Source: an uncultured Gemmatimonadaceae bacterium
GTDB lineage: Bacteria; Gemmatimonadota; Gemmatimonadetes; Gemmatimonadales; Gemmatimonadaceae
Direction of reading: 5' to 3'
DNA: 64,000 nt
NCBI GenBank assembly: GCA_963740355.1
Contig: CAVUDW010000003.1
Location: 224,001 to 288,000 of the forward strand
Shown here: positions 1 to 9,663 of the stretch, piece by piece
How the letters are laid out: each line of letters starts with the position of its first letter
Numbering within the stretch: the first letter of the stretch is position 1
Translations under genes and position numbers: made by a program
Notes under the pieces: generated by a model
The model's database searches: none
Told to the model about the DNA's origin: nothing
What the model saw: only the letters and a program-made list of their open reading frames with translations

Positions 1-1
1 C

Positions 2-1999
2 ACTTTCCTCAAGCGCGTCTCGCCCGAGCGACTTCAGGCCTGTGCCGACACCCCGGCATTCCGCGCGCAGTATGACGAGGCGATGCACTGGGTTCGGACC
101 GAGTCGCAAACCGACAACACCTGGTTTGCGAAGACGTATCCGGAGCTGACGCAGTCGAAGATCGCGTACTTCTGCGCTGAGTTCGGCCTGCACTCATCGG
201 TCCCGATCTACTCCGGCGGCCTCGGCGTGCTGGCGGGCGATCACTGCAAGACGGCGTCGGACCTCGGCCTTCCACTGGTCGGCATCGGCTTGCTGTACCG
301 GAACGGCTACTTCGACCAGCGCATCAATGTCGATGGCTGGCAGGAGAACATGGATGACACCTTCGACCTCGCCAGCACACCGATCACGCCAGTCCTGAAC
401 GCCGATGGCACCGACCTCACGGTCTCGGTGCAGGTGGCAGGCCATGAAGTGCTCGTGCGCGCGTGGCGCCTGATGGTGGGCCGCGTGCCACTGTTGCTGC
501 TCGACACCGACTTGCCGGCCAACCGTCCGGAAGATCGTGAGCTGCTGAGCCGTCTCTACGCCGGCGGTGTGGACCTGCGCCTGCGCCAGGAATGGCTGCT
601 CGGCGTTGGTGGCGTGCGCATCCTGCGCGCGCTCAAGATGGAGCCGGATGTGTGGCATGCGAACGAAGGGCACGCCAGCTTCATGTTCATCGAGCGCCTG
701 CGCGAACTGCGCGAGAAGGGCGTCGAGATGGCGGAAGCGATCACGAAGGTGCGTCGCGCCTCGGTGTTCACGACGCACACACCAGTGCCGGCAGGTCACG
801 ATGTGTTCCAGCGCACCGCTGTCGAGGCGGTGCTCGGCCCGGTGTGGAAGGAGCTCGGTGTGGACGCCGATACCTTTGCGAACTACGGCTTCCATCCGCA
901 TTACGGGAAGGACCAGTTCCACATGACTGCATGCGCGGTGCGCTTCGCCTCGAAGGTCACGGGTGTGGCCAAGATGCACGGCGAAGTCTCGCGTGAGCTG
1001 CTGCACCCGATGTGGCCCAACCGTGCGGTGAATCAGGTGCCGGTCGGTCACGTCACCAACGGCGTGCACCTGGCCACCTGGATGGCCAACCCGATCATGA
1101 GCACGCTCGACCGGCATCTCGGTCGCGATTGGGGCTTCACGCTCGACAATCCCGATACGTGGAACCGCATCATGAAGGTGCCGGATGCCGACCTCTGGTC
1201 AGCGCATCAGGAACTGAAGGATGTGCTGGTCGACCGCATCATCGAGAAGGCCCGTCGCAGCTTTGCGCGTGGGCACAAGGAAGCGACGCAGACGGTCGGA
1301 TCAGGGGTGCTGCTCGATCGCACGAGCCTGATGATCGGCTTCGCGCGTCGCTTTGCGACCTACAAGCGTGCGGATCTCCTGTTCCACGATCCGGAGCGCC
1401 TCCGCAAGATCCTCACGAACCCGAATGCACCGGTGCAGCTGGTGTTCGCGGGCAAGGCCCATCCGGCCGACGTGCCGGGCAAGACCGTCTTGCAGCGTGT
1501 GTATCAGTTCACACGGGATCCGCGCTTCGAAGGCCGCGTGGCGTTCATCGAAGACTACGACATGCATATCGCCCATCTGTTGGTACAGGGCGTGGACATG
1601 TGGATGAACCTCCCGCGTCCACCGCTCGAAGCCTCGGGCACCAGCGGCATGAAGGCGGCGCTGAACGGCGTGCCCCAGCTTTCCACCATCGATGGCTGGT
1701 GGGCGGAAGGGTACGACGGCACGAACGGTTGGGCCGTCACGGCACCGAAGAACGGTGACGAGGACGCAGCGGCAGCGAACAACGTGTATGAATTGCTGGA
1801 ACGTGAAGTCGTGCCGCGCTACTACGATCGTCCGATGCGCGATGCGGTGCCCACCAAGTGGCTCGCCACGATGAAGCACAGCATCCGTCAGGCCGGCCGA
1901 TTCTTCACCGGCGCCCGCATGGTGCAGCAGTACACGCGGGAGTACTACGCGCCGGCGATCATCGGCGGCGACTTCCCTGATGATCCGCCGACGGCGTGA
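2..1999 (+). CDS. glgP: Alpha-glucan (glycogen/maltodextrin) phosphorylase, 5'-truncated by window edge
   Basis: Frame is open from position 2 into the 83..1999 ORF. Motifs: AYFCAEFG, YSGGLGVLAGDH, HANEGH, GFARRFATYKR and the PLP-lysine motif EASGTSGMKAALNG. Confidence 0.95.
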   Translation, partial: TFLKRVSPERLQACADTPAFRAQYDEAMHWVRTESQTDNTWFAKTYPELTQSKIAYFCAEFGLHSSVPIYSGGLGVLAGDHCKTASDLGLPLVGIGLLYRNGYFDQRINVDGWQENMDDTFDLASTPITPVLNADGTDLTVSVQVAGHEVLVRAWRLMVGRVPLLLLDTDLPANRPEDRELLSRLYAGGVDLRLRQEWLLGVGGVRILRALKMEPDVWHANEGHASFMFIERLRELREKGVEMAEAITKVRRASVFTTHTPVPAGHDVFQRTAVEAVLGPVWKELGVDADTFANYGFHPHYGKDQFHMTACAVRFASKVTGVAKMHGEVSRELLHPMWPNRAVNQVPVGHVTNGVHLATWMANPIMSTLDRHLGRDWGFTLDNPDTWNRIMKVPDADLWSAHQELKDVLVDRIIEKARRSFARGHKEATQTVGSGVLLDRTSLMIGFARRFATYKRADLLFHDPERLRKILTNPNAPVQLVFAGKAHPADVPGKTVLQRVYQFTRDPRFEGRVAFIEDYDMHIAHLLVQGVDMWMNLPRPPLEASGTSGMKAALNGVPQLSTIDGWWAEGYDGTNGWAVTAPKNGDEDAAAANNVYELLEREVVPRYYDRPMRDAVPTKWLATMKHSIRQAGRFFTGARMVQQYTREYYAPAIIGGDFPDDPPTA

Positions 2000-3279
2000 G
2001 ATCGGTCGTCATTCACGCGCACTGCTACCAACCACCGCGCGAGGACCCGTTCACGGGCCTCGTGCCGGTGGAGCGGTCGGCGGCCCCGTTCCATGACTGG
2101 AACGCGCGCATCACTGATGAGTCGTACCTCCCACTCGCCAACGCACGCGACCTGACGGCGCGTGCGCGCATCAACCTGTTCGAGTGGATCAGCTTCAACG
2201 TCGGTCCCACGCTGGCTGTGTGGCTGGAACGTGAGGCACCGGCGGTGCTGGATGCGATGCGCCTTGGCGACGCGCGCTCCGTCGAGCGACTCGGGCACGG
2301 CAACGCCATTGCGAGCGCCTACAATCATGTCATCCTCCCGCTCGCGTCGCCGCATGAACGCAAGCGGGAAATCTTCTGGGGCCTGCACGACTTCCGTGTG
2401 CGATTCGGTCGTGAGTCGCGCGGTTTCTGGTGTCCGGAAACCGCGATCGACGAAGACACGGCGCAGGCGCTGGCGGAGGCCGGTGTGCAGTTCGCCATCG
2501 TCGCACCGTACCAGATCCGCGACGGTGGGCACGACGGTCAACCACGCGTCTGGCGCGGCGCCAAGGGGCATTCCCTGCACCTCACGCCGTACCATGGTGA
2601 GCTGAGTGGCTCGATCGGCTTCGGTGACATGGCGCAGAATGGCGAAAAGCTCGCACATGCCCTCGCGCACATCGCCGAAGAACGTGGCATCGCCAGCATT
2701 GCGACCGACGGCGAAACCTTCGGCCACCACAAGCGGCACGGCGAGATGGCGCTGGCCGAGGCGATCGGTGCGCTGCGCCGCAACCAGAAGGCCACGGTCA
2801 CGAACTTCGCTGCGATCATCAATGCGCAGGAGAAGTGGCACGACTGCCAGTTGCTGTCGCCCAGTTCCTGGAGCTGTGCGCATGGCATCGAGCGGTGGCG
2901 CTCCAACTGCGGCTGTGGCGCGACACACGAAACCGGTCGCGCGCAGGAGTGGCGTGGTCCGCTTCGCGCGGCGTTGCGCTGGCTGGCGGAGGCGCTCGAC
3001 ACCGCTGACGGTGATGATCCGGAGCTGACGCCCCAGCGGAAGGCGCGCTATGGCATGTTCACCAGTTGCGGCTGGTTCTTCGATCGTTTCGAAGGGCATG
3101 AGCCGCGCTTGTTGATGCGCATGGCCGCCTTCGCCATCGCGGGGCGGAAGGACGCTGAGGAGCTCGAGGCCGGACTGGTGGCGCGCCTGATCCATGCCCA
3201 CGCCAATGATCGCTCGCTCGGCAATGGTGCCGATATCTGGTATCGCGACTTTCATCACCTGATCGCCGCGACGAAGTAG
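1996..3279 (+). CDS. Glycoside hydrolase family 57 / DUF3536-type protein
   Basis: N-terminal HAHCYQPPRE, plus FWCPETA, ATDGETFGHH, SWSCAHGIERW and MFTSCGWFFD. GTG start overlaps the glgP stop. Confidence 0.8.
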   Translation: MRSVVIHAHCYQPPREDPFTGLVPVERSAAPFHDWNARITDESYLPLANARDLTARARINLFEWISFNVGPTLAVWLEREAPAVLDAMRLGDARSVERLGHGNAIASAYNHVILPLASPHERKREIFWGLHDFRVRFGRESRGFWCPETAIDEDTAQALAEAGVQFAIVAPYQIRDGGHDGQPRVWRGAKGHSLHLTPYHGELSGSIGFGDMAQNGEKLAHALAHIAEERGIASIATDGETFGHHKRHGEMALAEAIGALRRNQKATVTNFAAIINAQEKWHDCQLLSPSSWSCAHGIERWRSNCGCGATHETGRAQEWRGPLRAALRWLAEALDTADGDDPELTPQRKARYGMFTSCGWFFDRFEGHEPRLLMRMAAFAIAGRKDAEELEAGLVARLIHAHANDRSLGNGADIWYRDFHHLIAATK

Positions 3280-3469
3280 CGAGAGACAAGCGCTGTCCTG
3301 TCCGTTGGCCGGGCCGACAGCTGAGTGTGCCAGCACGATCGTGAACGCCCGCACCTGCCGAGAGAAAATGGTCAGTGCGGGCGTTCTTGTTGTTGTGCGC
3401 GCTTGATGGACGGTGGATCAGGCGGTACTCAATAGCGCACGGCTGAAAAGCGCGCGCTGTTTCTGAAGG

Positions 3470-5725
3470 GTGGCCCTGACGGAGCGAGTCATGCTGATCT
3501 ATCCCCTGGTGCTCGACGCAGAGCAGCATGCGGGTGAAGTGCTGGACGTGCTCGCCACTCGCGACACAGAATCGTCGGCCGCCATGGTGGCCGTCCGCAA
3601 ACGTGATCGACTGCGCGTAGTGTGGTATCTGCTCCCGGCACGGGAGATTCGCACCGATTGCGAGGCCGCCGCGGCAAACGCCACGCTCGACAGTGCCTGC
3701 GATTTCGCACGGAACTACTACCGCGACGTTGCTGAGGTCTGCGACGTTCGGACACTGCCGCGTCCTTCGCTTGAAGCGCATGGATGGCTAATCGCAATGT
3801 CCGGCGGTCGTCTCGTCGGTGCAGTGCCTCCAGCATTCATGGCGGCGCCACCACCCCCGGAAGCGCCACAGGCGCCCGCGCCGGCTCCCGCTCCCGCTCC
3901 TGCTCCCGCCCCAGCGGCAGGCATGCCGCCGGCGGTGATCCTGCCCTACCCCTACATCGAGCCCGAGCCGGCGGCAGTGACACCCGCGCGCCCGAAACGC
4001 AGTGCAGCACACCGCGGACAGCGTGCGAAACCACCGACAGGCGCAGAGCAGCCGCAGGCCGCGGGGGCGGCGCCGGAAGAAGGCGTTGGCCGCGGTATCG
4101 AGGAGTCCGCCGGCACTCCGCCGGATGACGTCCTGCTGGCGCTGCCGCGCGTCGAGTCGCGCGAGCGGTATCTCCCGGGTGAGTCCGGCCTCGAACTGAC
4201 GATCGGGCTCAAAGCACCCGTCACGGCCACCGACCCGGGTGTCATGACCTTCGTGTCACCACACGCGGCGACCAGCATCGACATCGACGTCATGGTGGAG
4301 GCGCCGGACTTCACCTGCGCACAGGGTTGGAAACACACACTGACAGTCGACAAGTCTGCACCCTACGTGGCATCGCTGCAGTTGGTCCTCGTGAACGCAA
4401 CACCCGAGGATCATGCGCCCCGCATGGCCACCGTTCGCGTGCACTTCTCGTACAAGGGCCAACCCGCCGGCATGGCGGTGCGATTGGTAGCACTCGGCGA
4501 GGCAACGCTGGAGGAAGCAGAAGCGATCGCGCAGCCGACAGCTGCACCGCTGCAACTCGAAGCCAGCAAGACGCCGCTCGACCTCGTCATCCGGATTTCA
4601 CGGCGCGATCAGAGTGAGACCGCGCGCGAGTTGATCTGGACGCTGGTCGATTGTGCGCATCCGATCGCGTTGCCGGACGCCCCGCTGACGCAGAAAGTCG
4701 GCGATCGCGACACCGCTGCATCGTTCGCCGCCAAGGTCACGAGCCAGGTCGGTGGCGCCGACGGCACGGTGACGATCGACAACATCATGCGCAGCATCGG
4801 GACGCTGATCCGCCGCGCGATGCCGCCACAGGTGCTCCAGGCACTCACGGACGTGGCGAAAGCCGTCGGTCCGACGCGTCTTCCCTGGGTGTTGTTGCTG
4901 ACCGATGAGTGCAACGTGCCGTGGGAGTTGGCGCTGCTCGACGCGCCACCCGACGCCACGCGGGCACCATATCTCGGCGCGCAGTTCGCCGTCTCGCGAT
5001 GGATTCATGGCGAAACCGACATTCCGGTGCCACCGCCCGCCGTCCTCGAGGTCAGCAACCTCGCCGTCGTGCTGGGCAACTACGATGCGTCGAGCCTGGC
5101 GGCGCTGCCGCACGCGAAGGAGGAATCGACCGAACTCGCCGCGGAATCGGCGGCCGCCCCGTCGCGGTTTCCTCGCGTCACGAGCGTCGATGCCAGCGCA
5201 GACAGTCTGGTCGACCTGTTGAATGGTGCGCTGCCGTCCAACGGTGGGCCGATCGCGCCGGAACTGGTGCACTTCGCCTGCCATGGCGAGGTGCTGGGCA
5301 GCGGCGTCTCGAAGCGATCGGTCCTCTACCTCAGTGACGGTTCGCCGATGTCGGAGCTGCTCTTCGTGTCGTCGGCGCTGGGCAGGAAGACGAAGTCATT
5401 CCTCTTCATGAACGCCTGCCAGGTGGGTGTCGGCGGCGATGAGCTGGGCCAGTATGCCGGGTTCCCCGGCATGGCCATCGGTGCCGGATTCAGTGGCTTC
5501 GTCGGACCGCTGTGGAGCGTGAACGACCTGATCGCGAAGTCGATCGCGCTCGATTTCTACCGCAAGGCGTTCGGCAGCGATGGCGCATCACCGAGGGCGG
5601 TGGCCGAGGTCCTGGCCGACATGCGCTCGACGTATGCCAACGAGCCTGACCCGAAGAAGCGACAGGCCACATGGCTCGCGTACGTGCACTACGGACACCC
5701 GCACTTCACTCTTTCTCACGCGTGA
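3470..5725 (+). CDS. CHAT-domain (caspase-like, clan CD) protease with N-terminal domain, Pro/Ala linker and beta-rich middle domain
   Basis: C-terminal CHAT motifs VPWELA, LPHAKEE, VHFACHG (His), FMNACQ (Cys), FVGPLWSVND and WLAYVHYGHP. Start is uncertain (GTG 3470 or ATG 3491). Confidence 0.85.
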   Translation: MALTERVMLIYPLVLDAEQHAGEVLDVLATRDTESSAAMVAVRKRDRLRVVWYLLPAREIRTDCEAAAANATLDSACDFARNYYRDVAEVCDVRTLPRPSLEAHGWLIAMSGGRLVGAVPPAFMAAPPPPEAPQAPAPAPAPAPAPAPAAGMPPAVILPYPYIEPEPAAVTPARPKRSAAHRGQRAKPPTGAEQPQAAGAAPEEGVGRGIEESAGTPPDDVLLALPRVESRERYLPGESGLELTIGLKAPVTATDPGVMTFVSPHAATSIDIDVMVEAPDFTCAQGWKHTLTVDKSAPYVASLQLVLVNATPEDHAPRMATVRVHFSYKGQPAGMAVRLVALGEATLEEAEAIAQPTAAPLQLEASKTPLDLVIRISRRDQSETARELIWTLVDCAHPIALPDAPLTQKVGDRDTAASFAAKVTSQVGGADGTVTIDNIMRSIGTLIRRAMPPQVLQALTDVAKAVGPTRLPWVLLLTDECNVPWELALLDAPPDATRAPYLGAQFAVSRWIHGETDIPVPPPAVLEVSNLAVVLGNYDASSLAALPHAKEESTELAAESAAAPSRFPRVTSVDASADSLVDLLNGALPSNGGPIAPELVHFACHGEVLGSGVSKRSVLYLSDGSPMSELLFVSSALGRKTKSFLFMNACQVGVGGDELGQYAGFPGMAIGAGFSGFVGPLWSVNDLIAKSIALDFYRKAFGSDGASPRAVAEVLADMRSTYANEPDPKKRQATWLAYVHYGHPHFTLSHA
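3874..3917 (+). repeat. Degenerate hexamer tandem repeat encoding the (AP)n linker of the CHAT protein
   Basis: gcgcccgcgccggctcccgctcccgctcctgctcccgccccagcg translates to APAPAPAPAPAPAPA. Confidence 0.8.
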
Positions 5726-5743
5726 ACTCCTTCGGAGACGGCA

Positions 5744-7291
5744 ATGCCTGACTTCGTGCTCGATGGTAGCGGTGCCAAGGTCGATATCGGTCAGGGGTAT
5801 GCGATTCGCGCTCCCGGCATGACCGCCACGGGTCGGACCAGCGAAGGGCCGCGTCGACCCGGCACACGATCCCCAGAAGCGCAGGAGATGCCTGCGCTGG
5901 ATGCGGCGCTGGCATCGGCGAATGTGACGGAGATCAAGCAGGTCGAGCTGAATGATGTCCGGGTGCAGCCGGCCGGCGGCGCGACCCGCGCCTCGCGCGC
6001 GCCGAATGGCGACGATGCGCTGGAACTCGACGTGCCGGTCACGAACCCGGATCAAGGGTGCATCGTGCTCAGCGTCGTCGATGGCGCCCTCACCTGGCAT
6101 GTGCCACTGAACGATGACAACTCGGTGCAGACACCGACGACGCGTGGCGGCGGCACGGGGGCGAAGTATCGGTTCCGCATTCCGAACACGCCGCCACCAA
6201 AACCCGCGCCGGGGACTGGTGGCAAGCGCGGCATCATTGGCGCCATCGGCAAGAAGTTGCTGAAGGTGCTCGTCTACCCAATCACCGACCCCATCCTCGG
6301 CCCGATCGGTGAGCACTTCACGCGCAAGTGGGAGGAGAAGAGCCGCCCGTATGGCGTGCGGACCTTCACGCCGGAGAACTTCCAGACGCCAGCCGCCGGC
6401 GCATTCACCAGCGACGACTGGCAACGCATGGCCGGTGGTCGCGCGCTGATGTTCGTTCACGGCACCTTCAGCACGGCGCACGGTGGCTTCATGCAACTGC
6501 CAAAGGCCACCTTGCAGGAACTGAGCGAGCACTATGGCGGCCGTGTGTTCGCCTACAATCATTTTTCGCTCAGTGCGGACCCGCAGGCCAACGCCAGGGA
6601 GTTCATCAAGCGCATGCGCGAGGCCGGCGTGACACTCGATGTCGATATCATCTGCCACAGCCGCGGGGGCCTCGTGTCGCGTGCGCTCGCGGAGCGTGCC
6701 GCTGGCAGTGACCAGACGGACGACGAGTTTCGTGTCGGCGCAATCGTCTTCGTGGGAACACCCAACGCCGGCACCCTGCTCGCGCAGCCGGATCACATGA
6801 TGAGCATGATCGACCGCTACACCACGGCGCTGAACGTGATTCCGACGGGCCCGGTGACGGAGATTCTCGAGGCGATCGTCACCACGGTGAAGATCGTGGC
6901 ACACGCGACCATGAAGGCGCTCGACGGACTGATGTCGATGAATCCCGACGGTGGATACCTGAAGACCGTCAACCGGCCGAGTGCAATCGGGACTCGTTAC
7001 TACGCCATCGCCGCCAACTTCGAGCCGAATACGCCAGAGACGGCGCCGCTGAAGACCGTGATCAAGCAGAAAGTCGGCGATGCAATCGTGGATCGCATCT
7101 TCAAGGAGCAGCCGAACGACCTGGTGGTGCCGACGAACGGCGTGTTCACGGCTGGCGGTCCGCATTTCCCGCTGGAGGAGACTGCGCGGCTGGTCTTCCC
7201 TTCCGAGCGCGCCATCTGGCATTCCGCGTACTTCGAGCAGCCAGAGACGGCTGCGAAGTTGAAGGAATGGCTGATGACGCCCGTGGCCTGA
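5744..7291 (+). CDS. Alpha/beta-hydrolase (lipase/esterase fold) with an N-terminal extension of about 200 aa
   Basis: FVHGTFS oxyanion motif, nucleophile elbow ICHSRGG, GTPNAGT, NDLVVP (Asp) and WHSAYF (His). GGAG RBS lies in the 18-bp gap after the CHAT gene. Confidence 0.85.
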   Translation: MPDFVLDGSGAKVDIGQGYAIRAPGMTATGRTSEGPRRPGTRSPEAQEMPALDAALASANVTEIKQVELNDVRVQPAGGATRASRAPNGDDALELDVPVTNPDQGCIVLSVVDGALTWHVPLNDDNSVQTPTTRGGGTGAKYRFRIPNTPPPKPAPGTGGKRGIIGAIGKKLLKVLVYPITDPILGPIGEHFTRKWEEKSRPYGVRTFTPENFQTPAAGAFTSDDWQRMAGGRALMFVHGTFSTAHGGFMQLPKATLQELSEHYGGRVFAYNHFSLSADPQANAREFIKRMREAGVTLDVDIICHSRGGLVSRALAERAAGSDQTDDEFRVGAIVFVGTPNAGTLLAQPDHMMSMIDRYTTALNVIPTGPVTEILEAIVTTVKIVAHATMKALDGLMSMNPDGGYLKTVNRPSAIGTRYYAIAANFEPNTPETAPLKTVIKQKVGDAIVDRIFKEQPNDLVVPTNGVFTAGGPHFPLEETARLVFPSERAIWHSAYFEQPETAAKLKEWLMTPVA

Positions 7292-7309
7292 ACGGCGCTC
7301 CGCCGGGAG

Positions 7310-7816
7310 TCAGTCGCTCAGCAGTGCTGGGGTGCTCGCCTTGGTGAACAACACCGTACGGCGAGCGCCCTGATTCTCGACCTGCACGACGTTCACCTGA
7401 TCGGTGTGTGACTCCGTCATCATCTGGTTGCGCAGCCACGCGCCTTTCAGTCCTCGCGGCATCGTCGCACGAACACACACCCACACGAGGTCTTCAGCGC
7501 GCCGGGTGCCACACGGTTGCAACTGGATGAGCACACCACCGGCATCGCGGATGGCAAACTGCGCGCGCACATAGCGCAGCAGGTCAGCCTCCGACATCGC
7601 CGCACCAGATGGCAAGGGCTTGCCAGCGCTCTTCGCCACTGACGCCGCGAGATCATCAGCAAAGGCCCGGATCATGAGCGTGACGGTCTGGCCATCTGCG
7701 GTGACCTGCGTCATGGTGGTGTGAATCGCGTGCGCCTGCGCGACACTCGACAGCAGGACGAGCAGCGCAGCGGCACGCCGCGCGATGCGCGAGACGGTTG
7801 TCAGTCGGTGAGTCAT
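7310..7816 (-). CDS. Secreted DUF6702-like protein
   Basis: Signal peptide ending AQA followed by HAIHTTMT. Contains IRAFADDL and DQVNVV motifs. Confidence 0.6.
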   Translation of the reverse strand: MTHRLTTVSRIARRAAALLVLLSSVAQAHAIHTTMTQVTADGQTVTLMIRAFADDLAASVAKSAGKPLPSGAAMSEADLLRYVRAQFAIRDAGGVLIQLQPCGTRRAEDLVWVCVRATMPRGLKGAWLRNQMMTESHTDQVNVVQVENQGARRTVLFTKASTPALLSD

Positions 7817-7832
7817 GTCGGCGGCTTGTGCG

Positions 7833-9065
7833 TCAATCAGCGAGTGGAGTCTGCGGTGTGCTCACGCCGATGATGCGTGCATGGCGGGTGAGCAGCGGAT
7901 CTGGTGTGCCGAGTCGAAGCGCGGCGCGCATCGCCGCCTGTGCATCGGCATGTCGGCCGGATTTTTCCAGCGCCCAGGCGACGATGTCGTAGCCGTAGAC
8001 ATCCTTGCGAGCCCGAAGCTCTTCCTGCGCGCGCTCGAGCACTGTATCGACTTGCAGGCCGTGGTCGAGGAGGTAGAGGCTCCAGGCACGGTGATACGCA
8101 CCCGGCTGGAGACTCACCGCCACTTCGAGGGTGTGGAAATACTCGGCGGCTTTCGCGTGGTGGCCGAGAGCCTCTTCGGCATCACCAACCAGTCCCAGCG
8201 TGGCAGGGTCGAGCTGGCTCGCGATCGCCTTCTCACCCCACTCGACGACGTCGTGCCAGTCCTGTCGCGACGCCGCGAGGCGCGCCATTGCGGCGAGTAG
8301 TCGCGGATCCTCCGGTTCGATGCGCAGTCCGGCCTCGAATGCCGCTTCCGCCGCGTTGAGTCGGCCCGCGCGCAGTTCGAGGTCACCGACGCGCATCTCG
8401 AACCAGGCCTGCGTTTCGCTGGCCACATCGCGCCGCGAAAGGGCGTCGTCCCGCGCCGTCGTCAACAATGCGCGCGCTTCCGGCACATGGTTGTTCAGCT
8501 CCAGCCACCGTGCGAGACGCGCGGCGATGGTGAGCGTACTGCGAGCTTTCCAGACCGACCGGAAGAGCGTATCGGCAGCGCGATCGTCGCCCAGTTCCAT
8601 CGCAACTTCGGCCAGTGTCGCACGATACTCGGGCGTCTCCGGATCGTAGCGGACCAGGTTCTCCGCCACGACGCGCGCTTCGTTGAAGCGATGTTGCGCA
8701 AGCAGGATGGAGACGAGCGTCGACGAGGCCGCGGCATTCTTGTTCGTGCGCTTGGCGATCGAGCGACGGGCGAAGTCTTCTGCGGTGACGTAGTCCTCCC
8801 AGCCCCCACCCTCTCGCGCGCGCTGCAGGTGGAGCGCGGCGAGCTGGCCGGTGACGATCGCGCTGGTGGGATCCGCATCCAGCGCCTGATGCCAGACGCG
8901 GATCTGTACATCGCGGTTCGCCCGTTCGGAAAATCCTTGCACGCGCGGCGTCGCGGCCGGGGTGGCGGCCCGCGACTCCCGCGCGCTGCGGGCGAGCACC
9001 AAACCGCCGACCGTGACGATCACCGCCGCGGCGCTGATCAGGCGCATCGCCCGCATCGTATTCAT
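7833..9065 (-). CDS. Tetratricopeptide-repeat protein with N-terminal signal/anchor
   Basis: Repeated TPR-like helices (LLAQHRFNEA, AFEAGLRIEP, AWALEKSGRHADA). ATGA overlap with the upstream gene. Confidence 0.8.
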   Translation of the reverse strand: MNTMRAMRLISAAAVIVTVGGLVLARSARESRAATPAATPRVQGFSERANRDVQIRVWHQALDADPTSAIVTGQLAALHLQRAREGGGWEDYVTAEDFARRSIAKRTNKNAAASSTLVSILLAQHRFNEARVVAENLVRYDPETPEYRATLAEVAMELGDDRAADTLFRSVWKARSTLTIAARLARWLELNNHVPEARALLTTARDDALSRRDVASETQAWFEMRVGDLELRAGRLNAAEAAFEAGLRIEPEDPRLLAAMARLAASRQDWHDVVEWGEKAIASQLDPATLGLVGDAEEALGHHAKAAEYFHTLEVAVSLQPGAYHRAWSLYLLDHGLQVDTVLERAQEELRARKDVYGYDIVAWALEKSGRHADAQAAMRAALRLGTPDPLLTRHARIIGVSTPQTPLAD

Positions 9066-9619
9066 CGTGCGGCTTCGAGGTACGGGAACGTGGTCGGATA
9101 CGTGCGGACGCTGGTACTGATGTTGTCGGACGTCAGCCCGGTGACGACCGTCGCGTTCGCATCGAGCAGCTTGCCGAAGATGGCAGTCAGGCCTGCATCG
9201 ACGACGTCATCCTGGATCTTGCGGCCGCCGTATCCACCAGCGAGTGCCCAGCTGAGCCAGCCGGCGGTGTTGCCGGCGCGGTTCGGGTAGACCATCAACA
9301 TGTCGGGCACGAGCACGGCCGCGAGGGTGTTGGCGATCGTCGGGCCGCGATTGAAGGCGTTGGTGAATGCCTTGATCTTGTCGCCGAAGCCGTTTGCGAC
9401 GTCGGTGGCAGGGGCCGTGCTGTTGTGCAGGCCGTGGTCGCGCTTCATGAAGAAGACTTCGCTGACCAGCGGATTGCCGAGTCGCTCGACCTGGTTGTAG
9501 GTGCGGGTGACGTCAGGCGAGGTGGAGCCGCCACCGTTGTTGTCGTCCGAGCAGCCGGCGACGAGCAGAGGCAGGGCAAGCGCAGCACAGAGTGTGCGCG
9601 TACGGAACGTGGAACGCAT
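9062..9619 (-). CDS. DUF4331-family lipoprotein (C-terminal-half type)
   Basis: Lipobox LVAGC. Motifs QVERLGNPLV, GRKIQDDVVD and FPYL. Start reassigned to ATG 9619. Confidence 0.7.
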   Translation of the reverse strand: MRSTFRTRTLCAALALPLLVAGCSDDNNGGGSTSPDVTRTYNQVERLGNPLVSEVFFMKRDHGLHNSTAPATDVANGFGDKIKAFTNAFNRGPTIANTLAAVLVPDMLMVYPNRAGNTAGWLSWALAGGYGGRKIQDDVVDAGLTAIFGKLLDANATVVTGLTSDNISTSVRTYPTTFPYLEAAR

Positions 9620-9663
9620 CGACAGATCCCGGAAGAGTGGTGTGATCGAATGAAGGCGGCGCA

